A DNA stretch of 64,000 bases from Paraspadella gotoi (taxonomy: Eukaryota; Animalia; Chaetognatha): positions 23,586,762 through 23,650,761 of the forward strand of contig CM119263.1 in the NCBI GenBank assembly GCA_051294375.1. The letters are read 5' to 3'. The translations under genes were made by a program, and so were the position numbers. Of the stretch, positions 38,694 to 52,989 are shown piece after piece (positions within the stretch are counted from its first letter, which is position 1; every line of letters begins with the position of its first letter). Below the pieces are notes generated by a model. The model had not been told where the DNA came from and did no database searches. It saw nothing but the letters and a program-made list of their open reading frames with translations.

Positions 38694-41093
38694 NNNNNNN
38701 NNNNNNNNNNNNNNNNNNTCTCTCTCTCTCTCTCTCTCTCTCCGTCCCTCCGCTGGTCAGTTTGCGATGAAGCCGGTCCCGGAAGTTGGGAAGAAAAGGC
38801 CCGCTTTTCTGCTAGGGGAGAAGGGGAGTTGGTAGACGGAATTTTTGGGATCGGTTTTGACCACGAGAGGAGGTGGACTTCGTGTTGGGGGGGGGTCAGG
38901 GGGACCCCGCGCGGCCATATCGAGATCCCTTTTGCTTATGTAATAATGCAGAACCTCAGACAAAAGATCTTTAGCCCCGCGAAGTCAAACTACCACCGGG
39001 CAATAATACCGTTCAGATCAGAAAGGTCAAAACATGAGAGGGCCGCTCCGATAGCCAAAGAATATTCTCTCTCTCTCTCCCTCTCTCTATCACTCTCTCT
39101 CCCTCTTCCTCTCTCTCTCTCTCTCATTTTGCGGCGTCCATTCATATGCGTTTCGACGCCGCAGATAATGACCGCGCCACCTTTTATTTTCAGACGATCT
39201 CGATGGCGTTTTGTTTGGGAAATGCGAGGGTTTTCCCGACAGAGGGACCGGCAGCGGAGGGTTATCGGGGGCGGCGATGTTTTGGCGGGAAACACCAGCC
39301 TTTTGAGCTTTGTGAAGCTGAGGAGCGAATCAGGAGGAGGGGAAGGTCGAGAAATGGAAGATGCTGTTTGGAGGGCTGGGGGGGAGGAGCGGCCAACGGG
39401 ACTTCCGAGATTTTTTGTCTTAGGAAATCTAACCTCTCAAGTTGACGAATGAGATCAAAATAACATTTTCGCGGATAAACAGTCCAAAAAATCCCTCTCA
39501 TAAACAAGTTCAGCCTGTCATACGTCCTACTCCGTTTGAAGATTGTTAATTTTCTTCATTATAATATAAGACTATAAGCGTATAATATTTATTAATCGAT
39601 GACGTCTCGTCCGTTTCTCGTCGTCGGAAAATTTAATACATCAAGGTCGACGCCNNNNNNNNNNNNNNNNNNNNNNNNNNNNNNNNNNNNNNNNNNNNNN
39701 NNNNNNNNNNNNNNNNNNNNNNNNNNNNNNNNNNNNNNNNNNNNNNNNNNNNNNNNNNNNNNNNNNNNNNNNNNNNNNNNNNNNNNNNNNNNNNNNNNNN
39801 NNNNNNNNNNNNNNNNNNNNNNNNNNNNNNNNNNNTTTCGGGTGATATCGATCATGTTTAATTCACGGAAGGGAGGAGACGAGGGGGGCGTGTGTGATGT
39901 GAAGAGACCGGAGGGTGTTGCGAGGGACGTTGCGGAGTGTGGTTCAACGAACGAAGGCTTGGAGTTTGCTTAAGCATCAGCTTCGTATTGACAAGAGGAT
40001 ATTATTCTAGAAAATCGATTTATCGAATAGTTTTTTTTTTCTCTCTCTCTCTCCCTCCTTATCCGCCTTCCGGATTTTTTTTTTTCTTCTTTTTTTTTCT
40101 CTCTCCTCCTTTCCAATTTTTTATTCATTTTTTTCTTTTTCTTATTTTCTCCATTTTTTTATGACCAGACTTTTTAAACCTTTTTTTTTTGATGTTCTCC
40201 GATCTTTCTTTTAAATGTAAAGCGACGAGTCTTTACTACTCAGAAACCGAGTGCCCCGAACAATAGATTTCTTTTTATTCAAGGCTACAGCGAGACGCCG
40301 AGAAAGTACAGCGAAGCCGGCGTAAACAGCGACGGTACGGACCGCGCGAAATGCATAATAAAGCCCGAGGCCTCTGATCGGCCTGGGATTTGCTCTGTTG
40401 CTGAAAGAGAATTTTCCCTTCGAAAACCACGAATTCCGATTTTTTTTGTATAAAAATCGAGCGACTCTTTCCGTTGGTTTTATCGCTTGGGTAAAGTTTT
40501 CCTTTTTTNNNNNNNNNNNNNNNNNNNNNNNNNNNNNNNNNNNNNNNNNNNNNNNNNNNNNNNNNNNNNNNNNNNNNNNNNNNNNNNNNNNNNNNNNNNN
40601 NNNNNNNNNNNNNNNNNNNNNNNNNNNNNNNNNNNNNNNNNNNNNNNNNNNNNNNNNNNNNNNNNNNNNNNNNNNNNNNNNNNNNNNNNNNNNNNNNNNN
40701 NNNNNNNNNNNNNNNNNNNNNNNNNNNNNNNNNNNNNNNNNNNNNNNNNNNNNNNNNNNNNNNNNNNNNNNNNNNNNNNNNNNNNNNNNNNNNNNNNNNN
40801 NNNNNNNNNNNNNNNNNNNNNNNNNNNNNNNNNNNNNNNNNNNCAATTTGCCATCTCCCTTTCTCCCTTCTTCCAAACTCCCCGGTTATTTGCCATCATT
40901 TGTCCCAACAGCTCCATAGGAATGTCTGCTGCCGCCGCTGCCGCCTTCATTGTGTTTCTCCTCCCCGGCGGCCGCTGCTCCAAACCCCGCCGCGGCTGAC
41001 GCAGCTGCTGATTCGGCTCCACTTCTCGGCGGATCAATAAGTCCTAATTTGTTATGGACTAACATCGCAGCCCCGATCCGCGGGCTCCGCGCG

Positions 41094-41131
<38 letters not shown>

Positions 41132-44029
41132 NNNNNNNNNNNNNNNNNNNNNNNNNNNNNNNNNNNNNNNNNNNNNNNNNNNNNNNNNNNNNNNNNNNNN
41201 NNNNNNNNNNNNNNNNNNNNNNNNNNNNNNNNNNNNNNNNNNNNNNNNNNNNNNNNNNNNNNNNNNNNNNNNNNNNNNNNNNNNNNNNNNNNNNNNNNNN
41301 NNNNNNNNNNNNNNNNNNNNNNNNNNNNNNNNNNNNNNNNNNNNNNNNNNNNNNNNNNNNNNNNNNNNNNNNNNNNNNNNNNNNNNNNNNNNNNNNNNNN
41401 NNNNNNNNNNNNNNNNNNNGAGAGATAGAGAGAAAGAGAGATTTTCGGCGCTTGAATTTCTAGCGGTGAATTTTAATTCGGCCATGACGTTATCAAACGC
41501 GGTAATAATAATTCAGAATATTTTTGGAACAGTCTTTGGCTTTGCGAACCGATTTGCATTAGATCCTGAAAGTGAATACTGAATGCTTTACTTTTTTATT
41601 TAATTATTCATCAGCGATCTCCTATTTTCATAATAATCAAAGTAAAGTTTTAGTTTTTCGTTTTTTGTTGTTTTACGTACCTTTTGTTTTTCCCGCCGGA
41701 CAGGGAAACGTCCGAATTGGGCGTGCCTTTTGTTTAATCCTCCCCCTTGCGTTATTTTTTGTTCCACCGGCCGAAACCCTCGTTTCCTTCTATTTTTTAT
41801 TCCACCAACTCAAACCAAGCTGGGATTTCGTTTTCGTTTACTCCGCCTCAAATCGATGCCACATGACTTAACGAGAAAATCGAATTCCATCGATTTTTCT
41901 GCGGCGAAACAAAACAAGTAAACAAAAAGAGACCGAAAGGCGGAGAGATATAAACACAAAGAGCACGCGACGTATTAGCCGCCGTGAGGAGAGAGAGAAG
42001 AGAGACAGAGTCAGAATTACGACGTGAGTTATTCGAGAAGAGCAGAACAGGAGCAGGATGAGCGCATTGTATTAGTTCATAGGAGCAGAAGGACGGGGAG
42101 GAGTGAGATCAGACGGAGAGAGAGAACGCACACAAGAGAGAGAGAAAGAGATGATGTAGAAAAAAAAGAGAGTATTAGTTAGAAGGAGCACCAACGATAG
42201 AAGATAAAGAGAAGAAAGAGAAATGATAACTGAAGTTATCTAACGCGAATTCTTATACATATTATAAAACTTTAAAATCATGTAATCCGTCCTTCGGGCT
42301 ATCTAATAAGAGACCACATAGTAAAATAACGGTTTTACGAAAGTAAAATTAATACATAATTCCATGCAAAGATCGCCACAATAGTTTTATCCCCTTTTAA
42401 TAACACAATTTAATTCTTCTATAGTTAATTTAATAAACACAAAAAAATCTCTGTGTGCTATCAACATTCTAACTTCGACAATTTTAGTTTCGATGACTTC
42501 CAGAAGCACGATTCTTTGAGAAATCAGACAGATTTTCTGATTATATTATCCTCTACGCTTCTCTATTTCGTCGAAAACGCTTTAATATTTGAATAATGTT
42601 GTCAATATATCTTATCATGAGATAGCTGGGCTAAGAGCACCATAGTCCGTAAAAACCAAAGGCGTTAACATATTTAGGAGACAAAAACGCTTCATTACTA
42701 TACCATAAAGGTCACACTGCGCTTCCATTTTACTAACATTCACCTCTCTCTCTCTCATCTTCTCCTCTCTCTCCTCTCTCTCGTCGCCTTCCCGCTCTCC
42801 GTCCGCCCCGCAGTCCTACACACTCCGTCGTCTCGTCTCTTGCTCTCGTAAATTCTCTCTCGTCTCTCTCTCTCTCATGTATCTGCTCCTCAATACTATC
42901 CTCGCCATCATCCTCCTCCCATACATCTCTCCTCTCTCTCGCTCGTCTCTCTTCTCTTTCATCTCTCTCTCTTCCCTCTCTCCTCTCCTCTCTCTCTCCG
43001 TCTTACTCCTCTACTCATTCTTCATTCCTCTAAACCCGTCGTCTCTCTCCTCCTTTCACCCGTCCTCTCTCCTCCCTCTATCTCTTCCCTTTCATTCCAC
43101 AACCTCCTCTCTCATCCTCTTTTCCCTCTCCCATCTCTTTTCTCAAATTTTTTAATATAAATATATCTCTACATCCTTCACAACTCTAACTTTCTTCCGA
43201 CACTCTTTCCTTCATTTTTTTCTCCTCTTCCCGCAGTGCTCCGTTCTGTCCTAACAATTCCGCCAAATCGCAGAGAGACGGTTCTTCCACTAAAGTCCAA
43301 CATAATGATTTCTCAAAAAAAAATTTTTAGCCCGGCGGTATCACAAGATTTTTCTATCATCTCTTGCGCTGGCTTGTAGAAAATCAGATTTCTTATATGT
43401 CCACCCAGTAATCTCTATTTTTTTCCCCCCCTGCTCTTCCTCATCTCTCTCTCTCTAACATTTCTCGAACGCCATTCTCGTCGTTATCTTGCGCAACTAA
43501 CATAACAATTTAAATGTTAATTTTTTTCGAACGTCTCTGTAAAAAAGCGAAACGGGGCTTTCGTTCTCTGGTCGGCCTTTGCTAGATTGATACAAGGGAT
43601 CTCTCTTTTCTTTCAAGTTTCGGAAATGCTATTTCTCTCCGTCCGGTCCTTCCTCTCTCTCTTCTCCTCCTCTTCCCATCGTCTCTCATCTCATCTCTCT
43701 CCCCTCTCTCCCCTCCTCTCGCTCCTCCTCCCTATCTTCCCCGTTCTCACTTGCTCTCACTTCCTCATCTCCTCCTCGATCGTTTCTCTCCTGCTCTCCC
43801 TCATCTTCCTCCTCTCCCTCTCTCTCTTCTCTCCTCCTTCTCTTCCTCTCCTCTACCTTCTCTCTTCCCCTTCTCTCTCTCCCCCCCCTCTCTTCAACTG
43901 CACTCTGTGTTCTCTCCTCTCCGCCTCTCTCCTCCTAACGTGGTACGCACGCACTTCAAAAAATATATCAATACTTTTTCGAATTGATAATCGGCAGGAA
44001 AAAGATAAAGGATTGCTTTACAAAGGGTG

Positions 44030-46518
44030 TTGCAAAATTCGTTAATTTTGGACTAAAAAAACACCATGGAGACGTGAAAATACGGGGGGAGAAGGGACAG
44101 GTGGGCGTGGCAGTGTGGCGTTGGCAGGTGGACCGTGGCAAATGGCCGAATGGAAGAGACCTGTTTAAAAGAAAATAACTGAAACTATTTCAATAGTTTT
44201 GGTGAATAATGACACGAGAATTTAAAATTATAAATGGGTTAAAAATAGACAACAATTGAAATTATTGCTCTCTGCTTTGGGACGTTTTTTTTTTCTAAGA
44301 ATGCTTGCAGGCTCGGCCAGCGTTGAAAAGAGTGTTTTCTTACAAAATAAAATAATCACGCCTCATAAAATGTTAATTATTAAACGATATCTGCGTGACT
44401 AAACTTATTTTGTGAGGAAAAAAAAATAGGAGAAAAAACCATTTTTTAACTAATGAATGCAAATTAAATTTGAAGAGATAATAATTTACCATTTTTTTTT
44501 TTTTTCGAAATTCCCTTACCTTTCCCCTATAGAAATTTATCCAGTAACCGAAAAGGAAAAATAGTACATAAGTTTTCTAATGGGCCTTGAGTGAGTACGA
44601 CGTGCGCACGTACGCAGATGATCCAGATGGCGGCTTGCCGAATATACTCTCCACCAAAAAAACCCTCGAAATCAGAAAAAATTCAGAACAGCTGCAGCAG
44701 TCCTGGTGCCGTCAACTGCTGCGGTCCGGCGCGGTGCGTTTGGGGCGGGCGGCGGTCGACAAATGTCGTTCCGTGTCATTACGGGAATTGATTACTCTCG
44801 CTCCTCATTGAATTTTTCGAAGGGAAAGGAAGGAAAAAAAAGAGTATGACAGGAAAAAAAAAAAAAAAAAAACGAGGACGGACGGACGACTACTGACTAA
44901 CGACGACGATCGACGACGGACGACAGCATCGGAAAATTGGGCGGAGGCGACAATTCAAATCCGTCCTCAAAGTTGATGAAGATGATATCGACATCAAACG
45001 CTGGCTAACGATTTACGACCACATGATCGAATGACGGAAGGAAACGAAAAGTTTTCATGTGAACGTCATCAAGAAGTTTAACAGGAATTAGGAACGATCG
45101 AAATGTTTTAGTATTAGAGAACATAGGACAAATTTAAGGTTCCGTTTTAGAAAAAGAATTTTAGTTTTTTATATAACACGGGGGCCGTGAATTACCCGAC
45201 GGAAACCTTTAATCATGAAAAAATGAGAAGAGCCCAGAAGATTCCGCGACGCGCCCTTTGCTTCAAACTTGGGAGGACGGGCCGGAGTAGGAAGGGCCCT
45301 TACGTTGTTGACGTTTATATCTGCCTCGTTGCAAAGCGAAGGACGATTCAAAAAAAAGAAAAATCCCTCTTCTGTTTCGAAAAAGACTTTCGAAATCTGC
45401 AGATTGCGGTATTTTAATCTTTCCCCCGAATTGGTTGCTTTTCCATTTAACCGTTGTTTTTTTCGTCATTCTTTCGATTTTCTCTCGTGTGTTATTGTGT
45501 CAACGTCGTCGTCGTCGTCGCGTCGTCGTCGTCGTCGGTCACTTCCGTCGTCGTTTTTTGCTGTCGTCGCCGTTTTTTCAAGACCGTCACTTTGTTATTT
45601 CCCTAATTTTTTTTTTATTTTTTCATTTCGGGGGTCGGTTAATTGATTTTTTTTTTTTTTTTTATTTCTTTTTCCTTGAACTTAGTGTAATAAAAAAAGG
45701 CTTGGCACCCCCAATTAAATCGATTTTTCAAATGAAACGCTACCCTCCCTCTTCTCCATAATCACTATTAATCTATTACTGGCATAAATCAAAACACCAA
45801 GTTCTCCTCTCACCCCTTTCGCATAAACCATCACCAACCCTCGCGTCCAAATCTTTCCAAAAAAATTTATAATAAAAAATTGTTCAAAAATCTCTTGACA
45901 TTTAAACCGTCGCGAGTTGTTTTGTTGACCGATATTGCGGTATGCGGTGGGGGTCATGCTCGCAGGGCAGCCGGGTTCCGACCTTCCTCTATCTCAAAAT
46001 TTTTTGCAGAGCGTTTCACTTTATTATCCGCAAACGCTTGTCCGGGCATTCGGTTAGCAGTCAAATTTGCCACGTACTGAAAATCCTTAATATTAAAGCT
46101 TTCCGTTAAAAAAAAAAAAACAACAAACAAAATGGTTGTTTATTTATTTGTTAAGGATTTCATTTCTCTGCCCAAACACCCTCGGTCTTCCCCTCTCGGT
46201 CTAATTTTTTCCCCTCGCTTTTCCCCATTAAAACGTCGCTACTCTTTCTCCCGATTAAAAATACACGAACCGCCCTCTTAAGTTATGGACTTTTATTTTA
46301 TCCGCGATCAATAGTCGGGCCGTTAGCATCGTCTCTCTTTCCTATCCCCGTTCTTTTTTCACTCTTTCTATCTCTTGTCCTCGTCTTCCGTCCTACATTT
46401 TTTCATTCCTCTTCCCTATTCATATTCTCTCAATCTCTTCTCCCCCTCCCTCACTCTTATTCTCCTCATTCGAGAAGAAATCCATGTCCTGATTTTCTTT
46501 TCTCCATTTACCCAATCA
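44030..46518 (+). repeat. Insertion-rich direct duplicate of 49704-51827
   Basis: Collinear. Both copies end ...CCAATCA at an N run. This copy is ~17% longer, mainly through homopolymer expansions. Confidence 0.92.
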
Positions 46519-46543
46519 NNNNNNNNNNNNNNNNNNNNNNNNN

Positions 46544-46891
46544 AGTTTTGAATTCTAATATCATATTATAACTTTAAAATTATGTAATTTCGCTACTCAC
46601 TAGTAATAAACGTTTACAAATATAATTAATACATATAATTCCTAAGATGCAAATTAGTTTTATCTAATTAATTTTATTTTAAATAAAAACAAAAAAATCT
46701 CTTAGCACATTTACCAAATTTAGTTTCATTTCCAGAAGAGATTTGAGAATGAGACAGATTTCTGGTTTATCTCTCGCTTCTTAATTTTCGTCGAAGGCTT
46801 TATATTGTCAAAAAATCTCTCCGTAAACAAAGGCGTTAATTTTAGGAGACAAAAACCTTATTTATAAAAAGGCATCGCTCCATTTTATCCA
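46544..46891 (+). repeat. Shorter, cleaner third version of ~42250-42730
   Basis: Shared anchors ACTTTAAAAT, TTCCAGAAG, CAGATTT, CCGTAAA..AAAGGCGTTAA, TTAGGAGACAAAAAC and CCATTTTA occur in the same order. Confidence 0.75.
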
Positions 46892-47591
46892 NNNNNNNNN
46901 NNNNNNNNNNNNNNNNNNNNNNNNNNNNNNNNNNNNNNNNNNNNNNNNNNNNNNNNNNNNNNNNNNNNNNNNNNNNNNNNNNNNNNNNNNNNNNNNNNNN
47001 NNNNNNNNNNNNNNNNNNNNNNNNNNNNNNNNNNNNNNNNNNNNNNNNNNNNNNNNNNNNNAAAAAAAATTAGCCGGAAATCATCGCCGGTTCGAATCCC
47101 GCTCTCGCTCCTTCTCAATTTCGAACGCCATTGTTTTGACTAAAACAATTTAAATGTTAATTTTTCGAAACGTGTAAAAACGCTTTCGGTTCTGCGCCTT
47201 TGCTAGTGAGCCATATTTTAAAAACAGATAAAACCTGTTCGTCTAGTAATTTAAGTCCTATTAGAGTTTTTATATGTTTTTTTTGTTTCTTTATTATTTA
47301 CAAGTATACCTTTTTGTTTTTCCCGGCCGAGGACAGGGAAACGGTCCGAATTGGGCGTTGCCTTTTGTTAATCCTCCCCTTAAGCGTTATTTTTTTTGTT
47401 CCACGCGGCCGAAACCCTCGTTTCCTTCTATTTTTTTTATTCCACCAACTCAAACCAAGCTGGGGATTTCGTTTTCGTTTACCGTCCGCCTCAAAAATCG
47501 ATTGCCACAAAAAAAATGAAAATGTTAACCGAGAAAATATCTTATTGTCTGCACAGCGCGAATCAGATTTCCTTGCGTGGTCGGCGAAACA

Positions 47592-49678
47592 ATATAAACA
47601 CAAAGAGCACGCGACGTATTAGCCGCCGTGAGGAGAGAGAGAAGAGAGACAGAGTCAGAATTACGACGTGAGTTATTCGAGAAGAGCAGAACAGGAGCAG
47701 GATGAGCGCATTGTATTAGTTCATAGGAGCAGAAGGACGGGGAGGAGTGAGATCAGACGGAGAGAGAGAACGCACACAAGAGAGAGAGAAAGAGATGATG
47801 TAGAAAAAAAAGAGAGTATTAGTTAGAAGGAGCACCAACGATAGAAGATAAAGAGAAGAAAGAGAAATGATAACTGAAGTTATCTAACGCGAATTCTTAT
47901 ACATATTATAAAACTTTAAAATCATGTAATCCGTCCTTCGGGCTATCTAATAAGAGACCACATAGTAAAATAACGGTTTTACGAAAGTAAAATTAATACA
48001 TAATTCCATGCAAAGATCGCCACAATAGTTTTATCCCCTTTTAATAACACAATTTAATTCTTCTATAGTTAATTTAATAAACACAAAAAAATCTCTGTGT
48101 GCTATCAACATTCTAACTTCGACAATTTTAGTTTCGATGACTTCCAGAAGCACGATTCTTTGAGAAATCAGACAGATTTTCTGATTATATTATCCTCTAC
48201 GCTTCTCTATTTCGTCGAAAACGCTTTAATATTTGAATAATGTTGTCAATATATCTTATCATGAGATAGCTGGGCTAAGAGCACCATAGTCCGTAAAAAC
48301 CAAAGGCGTTAACATATTTAGGAGACAAAAACGCTTCATTACTATACCATAAAGGTCACACTGCGCTTCCATTTTACTAACATTCACCTCTCTCTCTCTC
48401 ATCTTCTCCTCTCTCTCCTCTCTCTCGTCGCCTTCCCGCTCTCCGTCCGCCCCGCAGTCCTACACACTCCGTCGTCTCGTCTCTTGCTCTCGTAAATTCT
48501 CTCTCGTCTCTCTCTCTCTCATGTATCTGCTCCTCAATACTATCCTCGCCATCATCCTCCTCCCATACATCTCTCCTCTCTCTCGCTCGTCTCTCTTCTC
48601 TTTCATCTCTCTCTCTTCCCTCTCTCCTCTCCTCTCTCTCTCCGTCTTACTCCTCTACTCATTCTTCATTCCTCTAAACCCGTCGTCTCTCTCCTCCTTT
48701 CACCCGTCCTCTCTCCTCCCTCTATCTCTTCCCTTTCATTCCACAACCTCCTCTCTCATCCTCTTTTCCCTCTCCCATCTCTTTTCTCAAATTTTTTAAT
48801 ATAAATATATCTCTACATCCTTCACAACTCTAACTTTCTTCCGACACTCTTTCCTTCATTTTTTTCTCCTCTTCCCGCAGTGCTCCGTTCTGTCCTAACA
48901 ATTCCGCCAAATCGCAGAGAGACGGTTCTTCCACTAAAGTCCAACATAATGATTTCTCAAAAAAAAATTTTTAGCCCGGCGGTATCACAAGATTTTTCTA
49001 TCATCTCTTGCGCTGGCTTGTAGAAAATCAGATTTCTTATATGTCCACCCAGTAATCTCTATTTTTTTCCCCCCCTGCTCTTCCTCATCTCTCTCTCTCT
49101 AACATTTCTCGAACGCCATTCTCGTCGTTATCTTGCGCAACTAACATAACAATTTAAATGTTAATTTTTTTCGAACGTCTCTGTAAAAAAGCGAAACGGG
49201 GCTTTCGTTCTCTGGTCGGCCTTTGCTAGATTGATACAAGGGATCTCTCTTTTCTTTCAAGTTTCGGAAATGCTATTTCTCTCCGTCCGGTCCTTCCTCT
49301 CTCTCTTCTCCTCCTCTTCCCATCGTCTCTCATCTCATCTCTCTCCCCTCTCTCCCCTCCTCTCGCTCCTCCTCCCTATCTTCCCCGTTCTCACTTGCTC
49401 TCACTTCCTCATCTCCTCCTCGATCGTTTCTCTCCTGCTCTCCCTCATCTTCCTCCTCTCCCTCTCTCTCTTCTCTCCTCCTTCTCTTCCTCTCCTCTAC
49501 CTTCTCTCTTCCCCTTCTCTCTCTCCCCCCCCTCTCTTCAACTGCACTCTGTGTTCTCTCCTCTCCGCCTCTCTCCTCCTAACGTGGTACGCACGCACTT
49601 CAAAAAATATATCAATACTTTTTCGAATTGATAATCGGCAGGAAAAAGATAAAGGATTGCTTTACAAAGGGTGTTGCA
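47592..49678 (+). repeat. Apparently base-identical direct duplicate of 41948-44034 (offset 5644)
   Basis: Identical ORF translations at a constant offset (42877->48521, 43587->49231, 43751->49395). Ends at the 25-N gap 49679-49703. Confidence 0.95.
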
Positions 49679-51000
49679 NNNNNNNNNNNNNNNNNNNNNN
49701 NNNACAAATTGCAAATTCGTTAATTAGACTAAAAACACAGGAGACTCGTGAAATACGGGGGAGACAGGTGGGCGTGGCAGGTGGACGTGGCAGGTGGACG
49801 TGGCATGGGCGATGGAAGAGACTTTTAAGAAATAACTGAAAACTATTTCGATAGTTTGGTGATATGACACGAGATTTAAAATTATAAATTGGGTAAAAAT
49901 AGACACATTGAAATTATTGCTCTCTGCTTTGACGTTTTTCTAAGAATGCTTGCAGGCTCGCAGGCTTGAAAAGAGTGTTTTCTTACAATAAAAATAATCA
50001 CGCCTCATATAAAATGTTAATTATTAAACGATCTGCTGACTAACTTAATTTTGAACCATTTTTTAACTAATGAATGCTAATTAAATTTGAAGAATAATAA
50101 TTACATTTTTTTTTCGAAATTCCCCTTACTTTCCCTATAGAATTTATCAGTAACGAAAAAAGAAAATAGTATAAGTTTTCTATGGAGCCTTAGAGTGAGT
50201 ACGATCGTGCGCACGTACCAGATGATCCAGATGGCGCTCCCGAAATACTCTCACACAAAAAAAAAAACCTCGAAATACGAAAAAATTCAGACAGCTGCAG
50301 CAGTCTGCCGTCACTGCTGCGTCGGCGGCGGCTGCGTTGGGCGCGGCGGCGGTCGACAATGTCGTTCCGTGTCATCTCCGGGAATTGATGACTCCTCGCT
50401 CCTCATTGAATTTTCGAGGGAAAGGAAGGAAAAAGAGATGACAGGAAAAAAACGAGGACGACGACGACGACGACAGCATCGGACAATGGCGGCGGCGACA
50501 TCAATCTGTCCTCAAGAATTGATGAAGATGATATCGACATCAACGCTGGCTACGATTACGACCACATGAGCGAATGGACGGAAGGACGAAGTTTCATGTG
50601 ACGTCATCAAGAAGTTTAAAAGCGGGAATTAGGAACGATCGAATGTTTAAGTATTTAGAGACATAGGACAAATTTAAGTCCGTTTTAGAAAGAATTTTAT
50701 TTTATTATATAACGACGCCGTGAATACCGACGAAACCTTTAATCATGAAGAAATGAGAAGAGCCCAGATTCCGCGACGCGCTTTGCTCAAACTTCGAGGA
50801 CGCCAGAGAGAAGGGCCCTTCCGTTGTTGACGTTATATCTGCCTCGTTGCAAGCGAAGGACGATTTCAAAAAAAAGAAAATCTCTCTTCTGTTTCGACTT
50901 TCGAATCTGCAGATTGCGGTATTTTATCTTTCCCCGAATTGTTGCTTCCATTTACGTTTCGTCATTCTTTCGATTTTCTCTTCGTGTGTTATTGTGTCAA

Positions 51001-51037
<37 letters not shown>
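51001..51037. repeat. (CGT)n trinucleotide microsatellite
   Basis: Seen directly; shorter (CGA/CGT)n runs occur throughout the window. Confidence 0.9.
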
Positions 51038-51040
<3 letters not shown>

Positions 51041-52989
51041 TCCGTCGTCGTTTTTGCTGTCGTCGCCGTTTTTCAACCGTCACGTTTGTTATTTCCCTAA
51101 TTTTTTTTATTTTCATTCGGTCGGTAATGATTTTTTTCCTGAAATTAGTGTAAAGCGTTCGTGCACCCAATTACGATTTTCATGAAAACGCTACCCTCCT
51201 CTTCTCCATATCACTATTAATTCTATCCTACAAATCACCAGTTCTCCTCTCCCCCTTTTCCATAACCCATCCCACCCTCGCGTCCAAATCTTTCAAAAAT
51301 CTGGACATTTACGTCGCGAGTTGTTTGTTGACCGAATGCGTCATCCAGCCCGCGGTTCGACCTTCCTCTATTCTTCAAAAAATTTTGCAGCGTTTCACTT
51401 TATTATCGCAAACCTTGTCCGGCCATATCCGGCTAGCAAGCTCAATTTGCAACGTACTGATAAGTCTTTACTATTAAAGCTTTCGTTAAAAAAAAAAAAA
51501 ACAACAAACAAAATGTTGTTTATTTGTTAGGATTCATTCCCTGCCCAACACCTCGGGTCTTCTCGGTCTAATTTTCCCTCGTTTTCCCATTAACGTCGCT
51601 CCTCTTCTCCCGATAACACCGAACGCCCTCTTAAGTTATGACTTTTTAATCCGCGATCACGAGTCGCCGTTAAGCATCGTCTCTCTTTCTATCCCCGTTC
51701 TTTTTCTCTTTCTATCTTCCCTTTTCATATCTCTCAATCTCTCTCCTCTTTCCCTCTCCCTCACGACTATCTTGGCATTAGAGAAGAAATCATTTGTGAC
51801 GCTGACTTTTTCACATTTAACCAATCANNNNNNNNNNNNNNNNNNNNNNNNNNNNNNNNNNNNNNNNNNNNNNNNNNNNNNNNNNNNNNNNNNNNNNNNN
51901 NNNNNNNNNNNNNNNNNNNNNNNNNNNNNNNNNNNNNNNNNNNNNNNNNNNNNNNNNNNNNNNNNNNNNNNNNNNNNNNNNNNNNNNNNNNNNNNNNNNN
52001 NNNNNNNNNNNNNNNNNNNNNNNNNNNNNNNNNNNNNNNNNNNNNNNNNNNNNNNNNNNNNNNNNNNNNNNNNNNNNNCCCTCCCCCTCCCTCCCCCTCC
52101 CAAAGTCATTACGTTGTTGTGCCTTACCTTCCTCATCGGCGCATTCCACGTTGGAATCCTTCGGTAATAAATCAATGAAAATCTACGGTTCACATCTTCT
52201 GCGAGTCGCGGCACCAGATATCCACGACGCCGCCGCCTCCCGCCGCCGCGCAGCCGCAGCCCCTGCCGCCGCAACCCTTTCCTCCCTCGCGCCCGCTGCG
52301 GCAGAGTTCGATATCCCTCTCATTCCCGCGCGCCAAATTTGATAAATGACGGATCGCGCCATCGCAGGTGTCCGCTCGGCAAGAGCGCGCCAGCGTGCTC
52401 CGGGAGGGGGTGAGTCGAGAAGCGAGGAGGTGAGAAGCGAGGCTGCGCCGCTGAGGGCTGACGAGGAAAGTGTGTTCTCGTTTTATCAGGGCTCCTCCTT
52501 TTAATCAGGCCTTCTTTTCCCCAATGACTTTTTCCAATCCGCTCAATCCCTCTCTTCTCGTCACTTGGCTTCTTTGTTTCCATCATCATTTTGTCAACCT
52601 CAGCTATGAGCTCAGTGAGAAACTTAACTCTCATTGCATTTTGTAGTATGGAAGTACAAGATTACTTATTTTACCATCATTTTAAAGTGGATTTTTTTTT
52701 TTAAATTAAAAAAATATAGTGTGGGAGCATCAACACGCGACCTCATCAGATCATCTCTCCATAGTTTATAATTTCAAAAATTAATAAACTTTTGTTAATA
52801 AAAGAAATACTTCAAATTAACTTTAATGATTATTATCCTTTTTGTTTATTCCAAAGATTTTTAAAGCCATACAGTAAAACAAGGATTTAAGCCACAGGAA
52901 AAACACAATGATGTAAAAATTAATATAAAAATATACTGGCCATCGTTAACGAATTCATATCAAGTAATACTTTATGAAAAATGAAAAAC

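Noticed and set aside
44587-44811. FN3-linker-like peptide VRTYADDPDG
   Set aside because: No FN3 Trp/Tyr strands follow, and the duplicate at ~50195 reads differently.
47080-47112. tRNA T-arm (GGTTCGAATCCC)
   Set aside because: The stem is mismatched and there is no upstream cloverleaf; the motif is isolated beside a gap.
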